A stretch of 64,000 nt of DNA. It comes from Microthyrium microscopicum. Its lineage: Eukaryota. This document shows, piece by piece, positions 39,559 to 52,393 of this stretch (position 1 is its first letter; every line of letters starts with the position of its first letter). The stretch spans positions 2,142,627-2,206,626 of the forward strand of contig MU004230.1 of the NCBI GenBank assembly GCA_010405405.1. Reading direction: 5' to 3'. The notes under the pieces were generated by a model. That model worked only from the letters and a program-made list of their open reading frames with translations. It had not been told where the DNA came from and made no database searches. The translations under genes and the position numbers were made by a program.

Positions 39559-39816
39559 ATGGGCTGCTCCTGTACCGATTTCTCCAAAGCTCATAACACC
39601 CGACCAATTCGAGCCCTGGCCTTTTACCTTTTAGGCCTGAATCTTCTCGCATTCGGTCTTCTTTCCTTCAACCTTGGCAGTGCCTACATTGCTCAAGTCA
39701 AAGCTGGCGCGGCGACAATCTGGGCCAAAGATACTGCAACTGCCGCCGTGGCAATCTTTTGGTCGATAGTCGTTGTCATCGTTCTCTTCTACGTTGAATA
39801 CAAGAAGAAAGTTTGA
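39559..39816 (+). CDS. Tandem family copy B: 85-aa two-TM protein
   Basis: caatcATGG context; preceded by an intron at 39467-39529 and a leader homologous to copy A. Two hydrophobic helices followed by a basic KKKV end. Confidence 0.65.
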   Translation: MGCSCTDFSKAHNTRPIRALAFYLLGLNLLAFGLLSFNLGSAYIAQVKAGAATIWAKDTATAAVAIFWSIVVVIVLFYVEYKKKV

Positions 39817-40764
39817 GCACATGGAGGTCGCCCCGTGAGGTGGAAACGATGTAGGTAGCCTAGCAAATTGGACATTGGCTTCGGGAGATTGGTGTGGCGC
39901 GTGTTTGGTCGATCCTTTGTGGAGTGTGAGAAGACTGAAGCGCGAGTGCTTATGATGGCACCGAATTCGAAGGTGTGAGGAGGGGGAGATATGCTGGCAA
40001 TATCTAGTAGTGATTGTCGTATGAAGCGTTCTCAAATAACATAAAGGTGGGCGGAAAATCATGTTGCTTATTGAAGTCCTAGTCTAGTCCGATCACAGAA
40101 GGACGAGCGAGTAGTTGCAAATGTGTTATTTTCTTCCAAATTGATAATGGTCTTTTGGTGATATTCAAACCCTTGTCTTTTTGAATGCATAGTGAGCATT
40201 TTCTCTATATCCCATGTTATCTATCGCGCCATAGCCCGGATGACTCTTATTCATATGTAAAGAAAATTTGGCGTATACAGTCATTACTCGCTTCATGGAG
40301 AAATAGGAATCCAGTGACGAGATGCGTTCCGACCGCGATATAGATCTCTCGAATCAAAGAACACGATGATAAAACTCCCATCTACACTGTCCGTTGCCTC
40401 AATCAAAAGCGATCAATCGAAGCCAACGGCTAGAGCATCACATCTCAGACTTGTTGGTCTCAAAAGTCACCCAGACTATAGCCTCAAACGATCTTCACGG
40501 TCAATTATATTAGAAGACGCTATCCCATTAGATCCGATACACTAACTCTACATCATCAAGACAAACACAGTCAACAAAGACGCAATAGTATCAATCTGAA
40601 TAAGGCCGGACCTTAATATACACACCGAATTTCCAAGTCACAAGATAGTAACGTTCTCATCAACACACAACAACGTATGTGCTAAACGGAGATTAAATAA
40701 TGGAGATATACATGAATACTTACTGTATTGTCCAGGTATACAATCTCATCAACGATTCAAGATC

Positions 40765-41013
40765 ATGGTTTGCACAGACATGAGAGAAAACAAAGTCGCG
40801 ACCATGTACACCATCATATTGTTGATTTTCTTGGTCAACTTCACTCTTATTGTGATCAGAACACACAAACTGGTCAAACACGGAATTATTCCAGCAGATG
40901 GTCCTGTGCTTTGGATATGTATGTCTATTAGCTGGGTCGCAATACTCTTCCTCAGCTGCGGGATGTCGGTAGTACACCACAAGGAAATGGAACGAGCAGG
41001 GTCCCCAGTTTGA
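40765..41013 (+). CDS. Tandem family copy C: 82-aa two-TM protein
   Basis: gatcATGG context; preceded by an intron at 40675-40735 and a leader homologous to copies A and B. Two hydrophobic helices. Confidence 0.65.
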   Translation: MVCTDMRENKVATMYTIILLIFLVNFTLIVIRTHKLVKHGIIPADGPVLWICMSISWVAILFLSCGMSVVHHKEMERAGSPV

Positions 41014-42125
41014 GAACATTCTGCGAACTTGATCTTGTGGACATGATTTGGATTGAAGAGATGTTGGTATGGCTGCGAAGATGAGTCAGTTTGTGTCTAA
41101 TTTCGAAAACGATGTCTGGTTACATCCTTGTTCATTTCTCGTCATATTCGAGGCTTGCATGACTGTATGAATGCCGGGCGTAGCTTTTGATTCAGATAAA
41201 ATGGGATGAAAAACCTCTCTTGTTATTTACTGACTGATAGCAAGTTCATTGACGTTTTGTGGATAGTAGAAACGTACCCAGGCATTCTCTATTGATACTT
41301 ATCCGTGCTACTATTCTTGATCAGTCGAGTGGTTTTGATGCAGGTTGTAGTCAATTCATACAGTTGTCAGTAAATGAAATCGCCGTTGAAGAAAGTGGTA
41401 TCATGGCACATGGCAATGTCGATCCGCAAGTCTAGACCAAACAAGCGAACCATTTTCTGCATGGAACACCTCACAGAGCTCTAGAAGAAGTTGTTGGACG
41501 AACCAGAAATCAGATTCTGCAAAGGTAGTAAATTTTAGTCAACCAGGTGGGTGTGCTTGCAGCAACACTTTGCTTTTTCTCCCACATTTCGGGCGACGCG
41601 ATGCATGGTACGCCTCCTACCTCTGGTGTGCATTCTGAGCTTCAGGGTCAGACTTTCTGATTTTATTTTTGAGCCTTCCAGCTTGCGTGCTAATTGGCTG
41701 AATAACTAGCGGGGCTAGGCTTTTCAACTATTGCGTGCAGCCGTCACGTGAACTTCTCTCAGCTAGCTGTTTGATTGGCTGAAATTAAGTTTAGAAAATA
41801 AAGTCCAAAAGCTGGCCCCTGAAGCTCAGAATGCACACCAGAGGTACTAAAACCACTCACGCCCCGCTCCATCGACAGAGAATTTTCTTTCTCCTCTTTG
41901 TCTACAACTTTGACTTCTTGTCTATCCAATTTATCCTCCGCGAGCGACTTCAGAGCTTTGCGCGCGCGTTGTTACATAAAGCTCTTCTTCATCGATATCA
42001 AAGTATTCTTTTGCGCCACCAAACACCAACCCCCGCCAAACAGGGCCTAACGATCTTCAAGCAATCCTTGCAACCAATTATCGATCATCTGAGCCTTGTG
42101 CTTGAGCATTTCAGCCTTGCCGACC

Positions 42126-43408
42126 ATGTCTTCTACCATCGCGCCCACTCGGGAGACCGAGCAGCGGAAGGAAGCCGATTATGAGGTTTCAAAGAGCGCT
42201 GGAATTGCCTCTGAAGAATCTCGTGTGTCGGATGAAGAGGCTGCTGTACCAGCTAATTCAAGATATATGGATACAGCTCGCAGTTGGCTTGGATATGTTA
42301 AGACTAAGCAGTTTTGGACAGTTCTTCTTTTTGGGTCCGTATATCGTCCGACATCTCTGAGACCCGTCGCTGATTAGAGGCAGACAAATTCTTTCTCTTT
42401 GCATCGTGGGAACCAATACTTTGTCGACCGAGCTGAACTTGGCCAACTCCAACATTCCTGCTTTTCAATCCTTTTTCTGCTATGTGTTACTTTGTGTAGT
42501 TTGGACTCCAATCACTCTGTACAAGTATGGCTTCAAGGGATGGGGCAAAATGTTCGTTGAGCACGGCTGGAAGTGTAAGTGTTCTAACATCTATGCTCAT
42601 ACCAGTCGCTAACATAACACTAGATCTCATTCTCTCATTCTTTGATGTAGAAGGAAACTACTTCACCGTCCTTGGTTTCAAGTACACCAACGTGCTATCA
42701 GCCCAGCTCATCAACTTCTGGGCCATCGTCGCCGTAGTCATCCTCTCGTTTCTCTTCCTCCACGTCCGCTACCGACCAATGGCCATCGCCGGTATCTTCG
42801 TCTGCGTAGCTGGAATGGGGATCCTAATCGGCTCCGACAAAATCACCCACGCCAACGACTTCCCCGCCGAAAATGCACTCAAGGGCGATCTTTTCTGTCT
42901 TCTCGGCGCCACCTTCTACGGCTTCTCCAACACTTTCCAGGAATTCCTAGTTTCCAAGCGCCCAATGTACGAAGTTATCGGCATGCTTTCATTCTGGGGC
43001 ATCATCATCAACGGCACACAAGCTGCCATCTTTGATCGCACTTCCTTCCAGCAGGCACAGTGGTCTCCTGCTGTGTACGGATATCTTGCTGGTTTCGACA
43101 TTATCCTATTTATCTTCTACTCCATTTGCCCTATTGTTTTCCGCATGGGCTCCGCTGCTTTCCTGAACATTTCGCTGTTGACTGGAAACTTTTGGGGCGC
43201 TATTATCGGCATCCACGTTTTTGGCATCAGTGTGCACTGGATGTACCCCATTGCATTTGTGCTTATCCTCGTGGGTTTGACTGTGTATTTCTTGTGGGAT
43301 AGCCCGATGGGTGATTCCCAGAAGCCATGGTTGGGCGAGGAACAGGAGCGTGGCGTTGATGGAGTGGGAACTGCTCGACGTCGGGTTGAGCATCAAGTCG
43401 TAATTTAG
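42126..43408 (+). CDS. Solute carrier family 35 member F (DUF914) transporter
   Basis: GQILSLCIVGTNT, PAFQSFFCY, DVEGNYFTVLG, LKGDLFCLLGATFYGFSN and SAAFLNISLLTGNFW; multiple TM helices; two introns. Confidence 0.9.
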
Positions 43409-43671
43409 CGACTGTCATACACATGACCCGTAATACCGTACACACTCTGGGTGCAGGACAGATTATACCTATTGTTAATGATGTCAAATAGTACAGGCAA
43501 TGTAATACATGCCCAGCTACCCATCATCGATGGGAGTTGACAGTAATCAAAATGTATTTCATCAAAAAAAACATTTCGTAATCCAAAAAGAGTATGCACA
43601 TTTCTCTGCTAAGCAATCGCTGTACACCAATGCTGCCACTAGGGGAACTTTTCCAAGCATATTTTGCCTGT

Positions 43672-44612
43672 CTACTGAGGTTTCCTAGCAATACCACGTA
43701 GTCGAACATACCCGATATACTCGCTTCCATCCTCTCTCGTCACAGTCCCTGAGAGCAGGCCAACAGCGTGGTTTATGACACCATCACGTTTGCTCTCGTC
43801 GATCGAATCTAAGATACCAGCACCAAAGAGGCGTAGCCAGCCTTCTATACCTTGGCCTTCCACCAGCTTCGTTGGCCGATATTCCAACTCAATCTTTTCC
43901 ACTTTGAATCCGGCCTGCACACGAACAATTATTAGTCTGGACGCAGAATGGTTACGGAGGATAATATGACGTACCTTTTCTAATCTAGCGCTTGCCCACG
44001 CCTCCGAAGCAAAGTACCATGGAATCAATTCCCGCGCCGCATCAACACTCAGTCCAGCAACATGCACAAGGGAAGCGATGAACGCAGTAACAGTCTCTGC
44101 AACGTTACCGGCACCACCACATTCAAACACAAAGACTCCGCCAGGCTTCAGCGCATCATAAGCACCGCGAAAGACACCGTCTCGAGTCTCCGGATTGCGC
44201 AGGATCCAGTGCATTGCAGCGTTACTAAACACCTTGTCATAAGAGCCCGGCTGGACGAAAGACTTGCCATCTTCGGGCAGACGGGAACAATCGGCAATGC
44301 CAAATGTCGCGTTGGTGATGTTCTTCTTGGCTGCCTCGTCTTTGGCGGTTTGTATCATGGACGCTGAGAAGTCAAGCCCGACGATGGATGAGCAGCTGCT
44401 GGCGAGATCTAGTGTGAGGACGCCATCGCCACAGCCGATGTCGAGAATCTTGTCGGATGGTTTCGCGTCTAGATACTGGACGACTTTTGTTGCGAGTTTT
44501 GGAACGAATGAGGCTGAGGCTTGATAGGTCTGTACAGGTTAGATTGAGAAAGCAGAAGAATTGAGAATACGCTCACATTTGAGGACCAGTGATCTTTATT
44601 TGCTGAAGCCAT
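43672..44612 (-). CDS. Class I SAM-dependent methyltransferase (Tam-like)
   Basis: DHWSS..Y...ASFVPKL, ILDIGCGDGVLT, YDKVFSNAAMHW, LKPGGVFVFECGGAGNV and YVRLRGIARK; two introns. Confidence 0.9.
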
Positions 44613-44875
44613 GGTATCTTTTCGTTTATGGGTTGATTGTTTTGTTGTGGTACACCTTTCAGGGGATTTATAAACAAATGAGCTGTAAGGCTGGCACCGA
44701 AGTCGGCAAGATCCAGACCAGCGATGTCGGAAGATTGTTATTTTCAGCCTTGCTCCTTTTTATATTGAACACAGCTGTTCAGGATTTTGAATAGTATACC
44801 TGTACATTACTCTTCGTATAACTCCGGTATCGTTGTATAGATCCAATAATTTGGTCGCGATGTCGGACTGTCGAA

Positions 44876-46515
44876 TCATTTCGTTTTTGCCTCCTGTCTA
44901 CGACGTCTGAGTAATTCTGCCAGAGAGATTTCATCCTCATCGTAGAACTCTGCTTCTTCATCTACTCCAAAGTCTTGCAGACGTTCTCCTTCTGTGTTTC
45001 TCCATGCTTCTTCTCCTTCTCCGTCACCGTCTATGAACAGGTCTGGATTCGATGTGTCATTGGATTTGAGTGCCTCCGCATCATACCGCTTATGGAAAGG
45101 CTGGCGACGTTTCACAAGAGGCGTAGGTGAAGAGTCAGTCCCTCCAGCAGGTACAGTCGTGGGTGGAACGGAGAGACTGTAGCTGGTAGCATTACTCGAG
45201 GAACGTGTTCGGCCATAGGATGCATTCCATCGTTTGAGATCTTCCGCTTGTCGTTTTCGAAATTCTCGTCGTGTAGTAAACTCGTCGTCCGAATCACGAT
45301 TACAGCCGTTGTCCTCGTAGTTTCTCGCCAGGCGTGGGATCCGATCCGGATCAGGTGGTGGCCATCCAATGGCTGGGTCTGATCTGAATTAGGATTCTTT
45401 ACTTGAAAAGATTGCTTTCTGCATCACCTTCAAAGCCATTTGTCTCATAGTCCAATCCACTTTCCAACGTTGGCGTGGCTGAGAATGGCCAAAACCAGGC
45501 GAGTGCCTATAGACGTTAATTGAAATCGCTTGCATTGATGAACAATATCTTACATTCCACGTGCCCATGCCTTGACTGATATTTGCCCAAATGCCAATGT
45601 CATAGGGGAACTCTTGTCGTTTTATTCTAACCTTCATGCCATCTGGTCCATCAAGGAATCCGCCACTCGCTCTGGCCCGTCGAAGAAGTGTTTCATGTCT
45701 CTCAACCTCCCACTCTTCAATCGTCGTAACATTCCAAAGCAAAGTCCACGTGGTCCTCAGAATTAGAATTGAAAGCGCAAGAAGACATAAGGTGTTTGTT
45801 ATTGAAAGTACAAACAAATGGCCCAATTGTGTAGCGCTTGGCCCATGATACTATGGTATATGTTAGTAAATTACAAAGTGTAGCTCGGATATCTTCAGAA
45901 AAGAATCACGAATCATTGGGCTGGCGTACCATTGGCATATTCCGTCGAGCCCAAAGATGAGCTATCCGAATGAATAGAAAATATTCTAGCTGCGCCATAG
46001 CAAGAACTGAAGATGCCACAAAACGAAAGAAGTGTGGAAAAGTTCTATGCGAGACGCAATTGCCCGTCCACGGACAGTGGTGATCCATCTTTGGTATACA
46101 ACTATGCCAACGAATCAGTTGCTGCATCGACCCTCAGTCCATCGACACAGAGTACTCACCGCTTGCATTTTCTACAATGATGTGACCTCGGTGGTTTTCT
46201 ACTATCACAAATCCGACACCACCGCTGTCGTCTTGCTACTTTTTCAGCATTGGAGCTATCCGGACTTGTCGCATCCCCATTTCCAGGCTCTTTCTCTTCA
46301 TTCCCAAGTTTCGGGATACGCCCTGGGTCTGTCACGACCGTACGCACATAACAGATTAGTAAGAAAGCGATATTGGCATTGAACGCGATGAATTCGTTGT
46401 GACTAAGGGGCCGTGGATCCAGGTGTTTGAACAGGTATTGAGAAGGGAACGCCAAGAAGCAGATGAGAAGGGACACGAAAGGAACGGCTAGCGATGCAAG
46501 TTCAAAAGAACCCAT
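44876..46515 (-). CDS. PFA4: DHHC palmitoyltransferase Pfa4
   Basis: TDPGRIP, WCRICDSRKPPRSHHCRKCKR|CIPKMDHHCPWTGNCV, TTIEEWEVERH, EFPYDIG and WRNTEGERLQDFGVDEEAEFYD. Confidence 0.9.
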
Positions 46516-49500
46516 ATTACATCTTCAACATGAAAAGAACGCGCATTTAATGAATTGGATGGTTTCCTCTTGTCACACTGTGTCGACGCGACGTGGAAGT
46601 TGGCGATGCTGCTTACTTCAGCAATTTCTATCTCCTTCAACCAATAGGAAGCGAACGCTCTCATTGAGGTCACCATAAGTGTTGTGGAATCACGATACAA
46701 TTTCCTGAATTTTCTATTGTAGATACTTTATTGGGGTTTGTTATTTCCTTCAAATCGAATTGCAAAATATACTTAATTTGTCTTAAAATGAGCTCTCCGT
46801 GTTGGGCATAACTCTGAGCATTTCTGCGCCATGAGCACATATTGATACCAAGCAAGTAGGCGTATCAACTCGTTTATGAAATTGTCTATAGGCAAAAGAT
46901 TGATAGAGAAGATTTAAAACATCCAAGGTAACTTGTAACTTGAGGTTTTCAAAAAAGATTACTACCTGCGCACATAGCTATCTGATAGACGCGTTGCTGG
47001 TGCATATGGGTTCGAAGGAATAAGTTCTTTGGGTTTATAGATGGAAAGAAGAGTTATCAAGATGTATTATCTTAAAATATGCGCAAGTCAGTGCCCTGAC
47101 TTTCAGAGTAAACAGATTCGCAAATCCTGGCGTATTCAAAAATTGACAAGTGCTCTTTCTTGCGACTAAAATGCGAAGGAGTTGAAAGCATTCTTTGACT
47201 GGTACCGTAGTCTTGAATCTCCATCGTAATCTTTGAAGATATCATTGAATACGCTAGAAAGCAGACTACCCTATCGCCATTTTCAACTAGTCATAAAACA
47301 AGATAGGATCTAACTGCGGCTAGGTGGCTACCAGGCCGATATCAAGCCCCTATCTTAAAAACCATGCAGGTTCACTTACCAACAAGATCGTGATCGAATA
47401 TCTTACCAGCCTCCGTAATGCAATGACCAGCAGCACCTGTTGAGACCGGCTCAAGGCTATCAAACTCGTTTCCATACTCTCGGTGCCTGAGGTGCAAATC
47501 TTCATCCCTCTCGGAATAGCTGCAGAACGAGGCTGTCCACTCCTGGCCTCATGATGGAACAACCAAGGCTGAAGACCACATTTTCGTGCATTGTCAATCA
47601 CACCGGCAGTTGAGAATTTACACGCCATAATCATCGAGCGCTGGGCATAGTGCATGCGTCCACCAGCCCCTTTTCTATATCTGCAGTGGCTTAGGATTCG
47701 CAAAGCAATCAGATCCAACGAGACCATTGTCGATGCATGACACTGGCGCAGACGTGTTGTCCCACGTTGGAAAACACATGCGGAATCCTCAAGGTCAGCG
47801 CTACAGAGACAGACGTGTCGAGTTTCGGACGAAGCGGTCTACGACTAGGAACTCCCAATGGGGCTCACTCGGCGATGATCTCTAGACTTGTGCCAACTTG
47901 AATGGCTAGTGAGGCGGGGAACGCAGACAGGAACAGCGGGCCATCACACGAGGTCGATATGCCCCTGAGCGGAAGGATTGATAGTCGATTGCATCCGCAA
48001 AGTGCAGGCAGGAGTTGCTTGAGATCGAACTGTATCTACGCGTGACAGCTGTGTGTTTCGAATATCTTTTGATTTTCTCCCAAGCTCTTTGAATTCGAAA
48101 CAATTCCCTTGGTCAAGATCATCACGATCGGCTGTAATTCAGCGTGGAGAGGTGGGTATGCTAGCAGGAGCCCTGCGGGTTGTGTTGATCATCGTCGATC
48201 GCTGCTGTTATGGGATGTCGAGTCTCCTTGCGTTCGAGGCGAGTGTAACAAGTGAGCTGAGGAAAGCTTCCGGAAGACTTCGAAAAGTGGGTATATCCTC
48301 TTCGATCTTGCCAATGCCAAAAAATGAGGCTGAGCAGGGCCTTGTCCTGACAAGTTTGTGGGTTGAAAGAGGAAAGGGGATTCGAGAAAGTGCGGATCGC
48401 AATATCTGACATTGCGGGTGGTCAGGTGAAGTGGAGCTTCAGTCCAACAACCAGGCCAACGGCCACAATCCCACCTTTCAGCACAGCCATATCTATATCG
48501 CTATAACGTATTAAGTATCAAGTCTATTATTTAATTCGGTATGTTCCTTAAAGTATATGTGGAAATGGCAATAGGCAAGTTGATCTAAGATCAACTAGCT
48601 TACCAAAGTTCGCACAGGGGGGGAAACAACAAACAAAATGAATATGGATCAATATAGGATACCTGTTTCCCAACTACAGTATGTCAAAGTGTAATGATGC
48701 GCTCTAGATTAAGCATCCAGGCGAGTGAATGATAAAGACATCATACAGAATACCTGAAATTAGAACTGAAAGTTGGACTCGTAAGGCGAAACATCAATTA
48801 TTTCTATACGGTATGAACTTGTAGCTCTCGCCAAAAAGAAATTCATTATTAGAGTTCGGTAACGTCCGTCCTCAAGTTTCGAAACAAATAGCCCCATGTT
48901 TTTTCAAAGCTTCCACCAAGATATCTAAACCACCATGACCACTAACCACACAACAACAAGTCAACCTCTTGGCCTCACATCTCATGATCCCACAACCAGC
49001 GGAATCAAATCCATAATCACACTCACCGTCCCCAAACACAAGCAGACGGAACATTCCATCCCCGTACAGCGCTCAACCTTATAAAGTCCACCGTAAAACG
49101 GCTACGGGCGCTCACAGACGCCTAGTGCAGTGCCTATCTCAGCCCTTTACACGGGTATCTCGCCAATCGGGCTGTCAACGGCCATCAAACAAGATTAACC
49201 TTCTCACGCCTTTCAAGCCTCTTCAACAAAAAAGAAAGTTTAGGAGACGGCTTTTCTTGCCCAAAACAATTAACGGCCGCAAAGTCAACAGTGGGCAAGC
49301 CACCGAGAATAAAACAGAGGCGTATACCAAGCATCTGTGTGAAAGCCAAGCCATCACACAAATACAGTGCCATTGACGATGGTGGCTGGTGGCATGTTAC
49401 AACAGCCTCAGGGTCCAGTTCGGAGTGGAGATTGAACAAGGTTCGGAGAGACTTCCGAGAAGAAGATCACTGTGGCAAATGCCGTTATAGGTGACGATCC

Positions 49501-51268
49501 CATGTACAGTACATTATATACAGTATAGAAAATACACCTACTTACTACTACTTGCACAACAAGGCGCAAGAACAGGGCGAGGTTCTCTTCGTTTACCGAT
49601 TCCGCATACAGAGTTCATGTCCTGGAGCGACTCGGAGGGAACGCTTTCCAGTACGTTGCGGAAACAAAGTGGTTCAAAAAATCGCGATGTAACCCATCCT
49701 AAGTTGTCCCAGTACTGGGGAACCCTATGAGGTTGCTGAGTAAAGGTCCGAGAGTCGACCAGCGAGGTTACAATCAAGACAGGCTAATTAAGCCGCGCAG
49801 CTAGCAGTGTCCAATCAGAAAAACTTTGTAAATTATCCAACCACTTTCGACATCTGTGCCATCCTTGCTGCATGCCAAGACCGGTAGTCTGCAACCCGCA
49901 GGACCCTGTATGCATCTGACGTCAATGGCTTTAAAGGCATCATTCAGAGCGCTCAACACAACTGGTTTGGGCGTATTGATGTGGTCAGTTAGTTGCGCGG
50001 TTTTTGATGGCCTGATCGAATGTGCTGCCCAAGTTGAATGCGCGCATTTTGAAGTGTAAGCATAGTTGATACTGTTCGGTTAATTGTTAGTTTCGCGCCG
50101 TCATGTACAGCAGCGGTTGGTTTGAACCTTAAAGCAATGAATCGAGTCCGGTACCATACATGCTTCTGGGAATAACGTATGCTTGAAAGACTACCTCGGG
50201 AATAAATCCCGGCACGGCCCCCCATGAATGATGAGGCAAACAACATCAACTTCAGGCGCTTCCAACACTCGGTGGCTTCCCAAATTGCGCCCAAGGTTGA
50301 AATGCTGGTCTCTAAAATGGGGGTCAGCGTGACACATGGTACGCACAATGACAACAGAATCTGGTCGCAGACAAGGGATCACAATCACTATGGAAGGGTT
50401 CAATTGAGTGTTTGGTAGGACAACCACGGGTTGTTTGATTGTTGTACATAAAATCTGCCCAGATACCACCATCCGGGGCACGAGACATTTATGACGTCGT
50501 TGACAGACACACACCTCAATGAACGAGGAGTTTGCTGCATTCCTCATCTACCAGGAGGTATGATAACCTTTCCTGAAACATATCGTACAAGAATGCTTGA
50601 TGTAGTCATGATCCCGTCTCGCCTTGCAGCGCGGAAATCATGGATCAAAGTTTTGGTAGTCATAATCGTGCCTTGAACATAGTAATACAGGGTGATAAAA
50701 GAAAGCACATTAATGGCACAGCGCATCTTTGCGCATAGAAAAGAAAGCCAGGTACGATGGCTTACACCTTGTGCTTTCCGAAGCATTGTTCAAAGTGTGG
50801 CAGGACAGAACATGTGGTGTTGTCGTCGTCATCCACAACCATTTCTGTCCCATAAAACCTTTCCCTTCCAGTCCAGGGAATAAACCAGCAGTAAAAAACA
50901 ACCAGTGGGTATCAGTAGCGAACGAACGTCTAGTTGAGACAGTATAATAGTCTACGTTTCCGGAACTGGGTGTCCGGAAGGAGTCGTGAAAATGAAGCAG
51001 CAAAGGCGCAAAGAAGCCCTGTCAATATGACATCGTTCAACGCCAGCCGACAGGGGTAAACATGGCGTGCGCCAAAATAGGAACAAAACATATTGGGATC
51101 GGCCGAAGCTGTCGAAAAGCCCTGAGAGATGTCGCATGGTCCTGATTTTGATATTGAATACATTTAAACATGGTGATAGGTTAATTGATCCAGTAAAAGA
51201 GGCCGTAATCGTTGCAATAGGGCTCCAAGTCCGGTAGTGACAGCTTCGTAATGCGCGGCTTGCGGCAA

Positions 51269-52393
51269 TTAATCCTCATTGGTAGTAACACTGGACGCGT
51301 CGTTCTTGTGAACCTTCTTATGGCGACGGAGATTGGAAACAACAGAAAAGTGGCGACCACAGCCCTCGACGTCGCATGCAAAAGCTGGATAGTATTAGCA
51401 GTGAATAGAATAGAACGTTGGTGAAACTTACGCTTTTCACCAGTATGGCTGTACATATGTGTTTGGAGCGAGCTTGGGCGTGTAAAGCGCTTATCGCAAA
51501 CCTTGCACTTGTGCTTCTTCTGTGAGCTCGTTGAGACCTTTGAGCTGAACTGGCCCATCATTGATGAAGGTGCTGGAGGAATGCTGTTACCCAGCGTTGA
51601 TGGTGGTGGTAAAGTCCGGTGGTTCATATCTACAGACTCGGAGGCTGAGCTATAGTCGGTCAAAGAGTAGTCTCCAACAGAGCTGCCATAGTTCGAGTGG
51701 AATCCGCTTGCTGACGAGATTGATGAGTGGTTGGAATGAGTTTGCGGAAATCCATAAGAATCCGGAGAAGCGCTTCGCTGTTGATCGGCTCCATACATGT
51801 TCCGTGGTGTTGGAGTAATGTCCGACTGGCTCAATGAAATAATGTTCCGGCTAGCATCTACAGCTTCACTGAAGCTATTTCTCTGTTGTTGAGAAGTGCC
51901 ACTAAATCTGATCATAATTAGCGATTTTTGTTTTCAAGAGCTATAATCATACATACGGATGGGATGGGCGTCTGGCAGGTTCTTGTGGGTATGCGAATCC
52001 ATTGGCTGACCTGGGTGGAAGTTCTATCGTATAACCAGGGGCTGGTGCTGTTTGATAACCGGCCGATGTTGATGTTGGAAATTGGCCATATCCTTGGGGC
52101 GCTTGCAGAGCAGGTGAGGCGCCATAAGAAGCTGTTTGGAGGTTTGGATTTTGGGGAAGTGATGTGGATGTGATTGGAAGTCCTTGGTATGGTGGTAATG
52201 TGAGATTTGGTCGCGATTGTTGTTGTTGTAGTTGTGATGAGTTGTCTAGAGTTGTCGCTGGGTGAGCTGATGCGTAGACCTGGCCAGATACTGGAGCGCT
52301 GGTAACCCAGGGATTGGAGAACTGTGGAGCATAACGCAATTGATCGTAAGGAATGCCAGCCAGTTGAGGCTGATGCCGAGATTCAACTGCCAT
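51269..52393 (-). CDS. flbC: C2H2 zinc-finger developmental regulator FlbC/FLE1-like
   Basis: Spliced C-terminus KKHKCKVCDKRFTRPSSLQTHMYSHTGEKP|FACDVEGCGRHFSVVSNLRRHKKVHK, which I recognise as the FlbC finger pair. Two introns. Confidence 0.85.

Noticed and set aside
46700..47340. AT-richer stretch as a possible RIP-degraded transposon
   Set aside because: No terminal repeats, transposase or RT remnants, or strong TpA excess visible; consistent with PFA4 upstream DNA.
47350..48412. Cluster of short ORFs that might be a decayed gene
   Set aside because: No recognisable motif or consistent splice model; would need BLASTx.
48578..48596. Palindrome AGTTGATCT-A-AGATCAACT
   Set aside because: A single 9-bp-arm inverted repeat is near chance expectation in 64 kb and has no supporting context.
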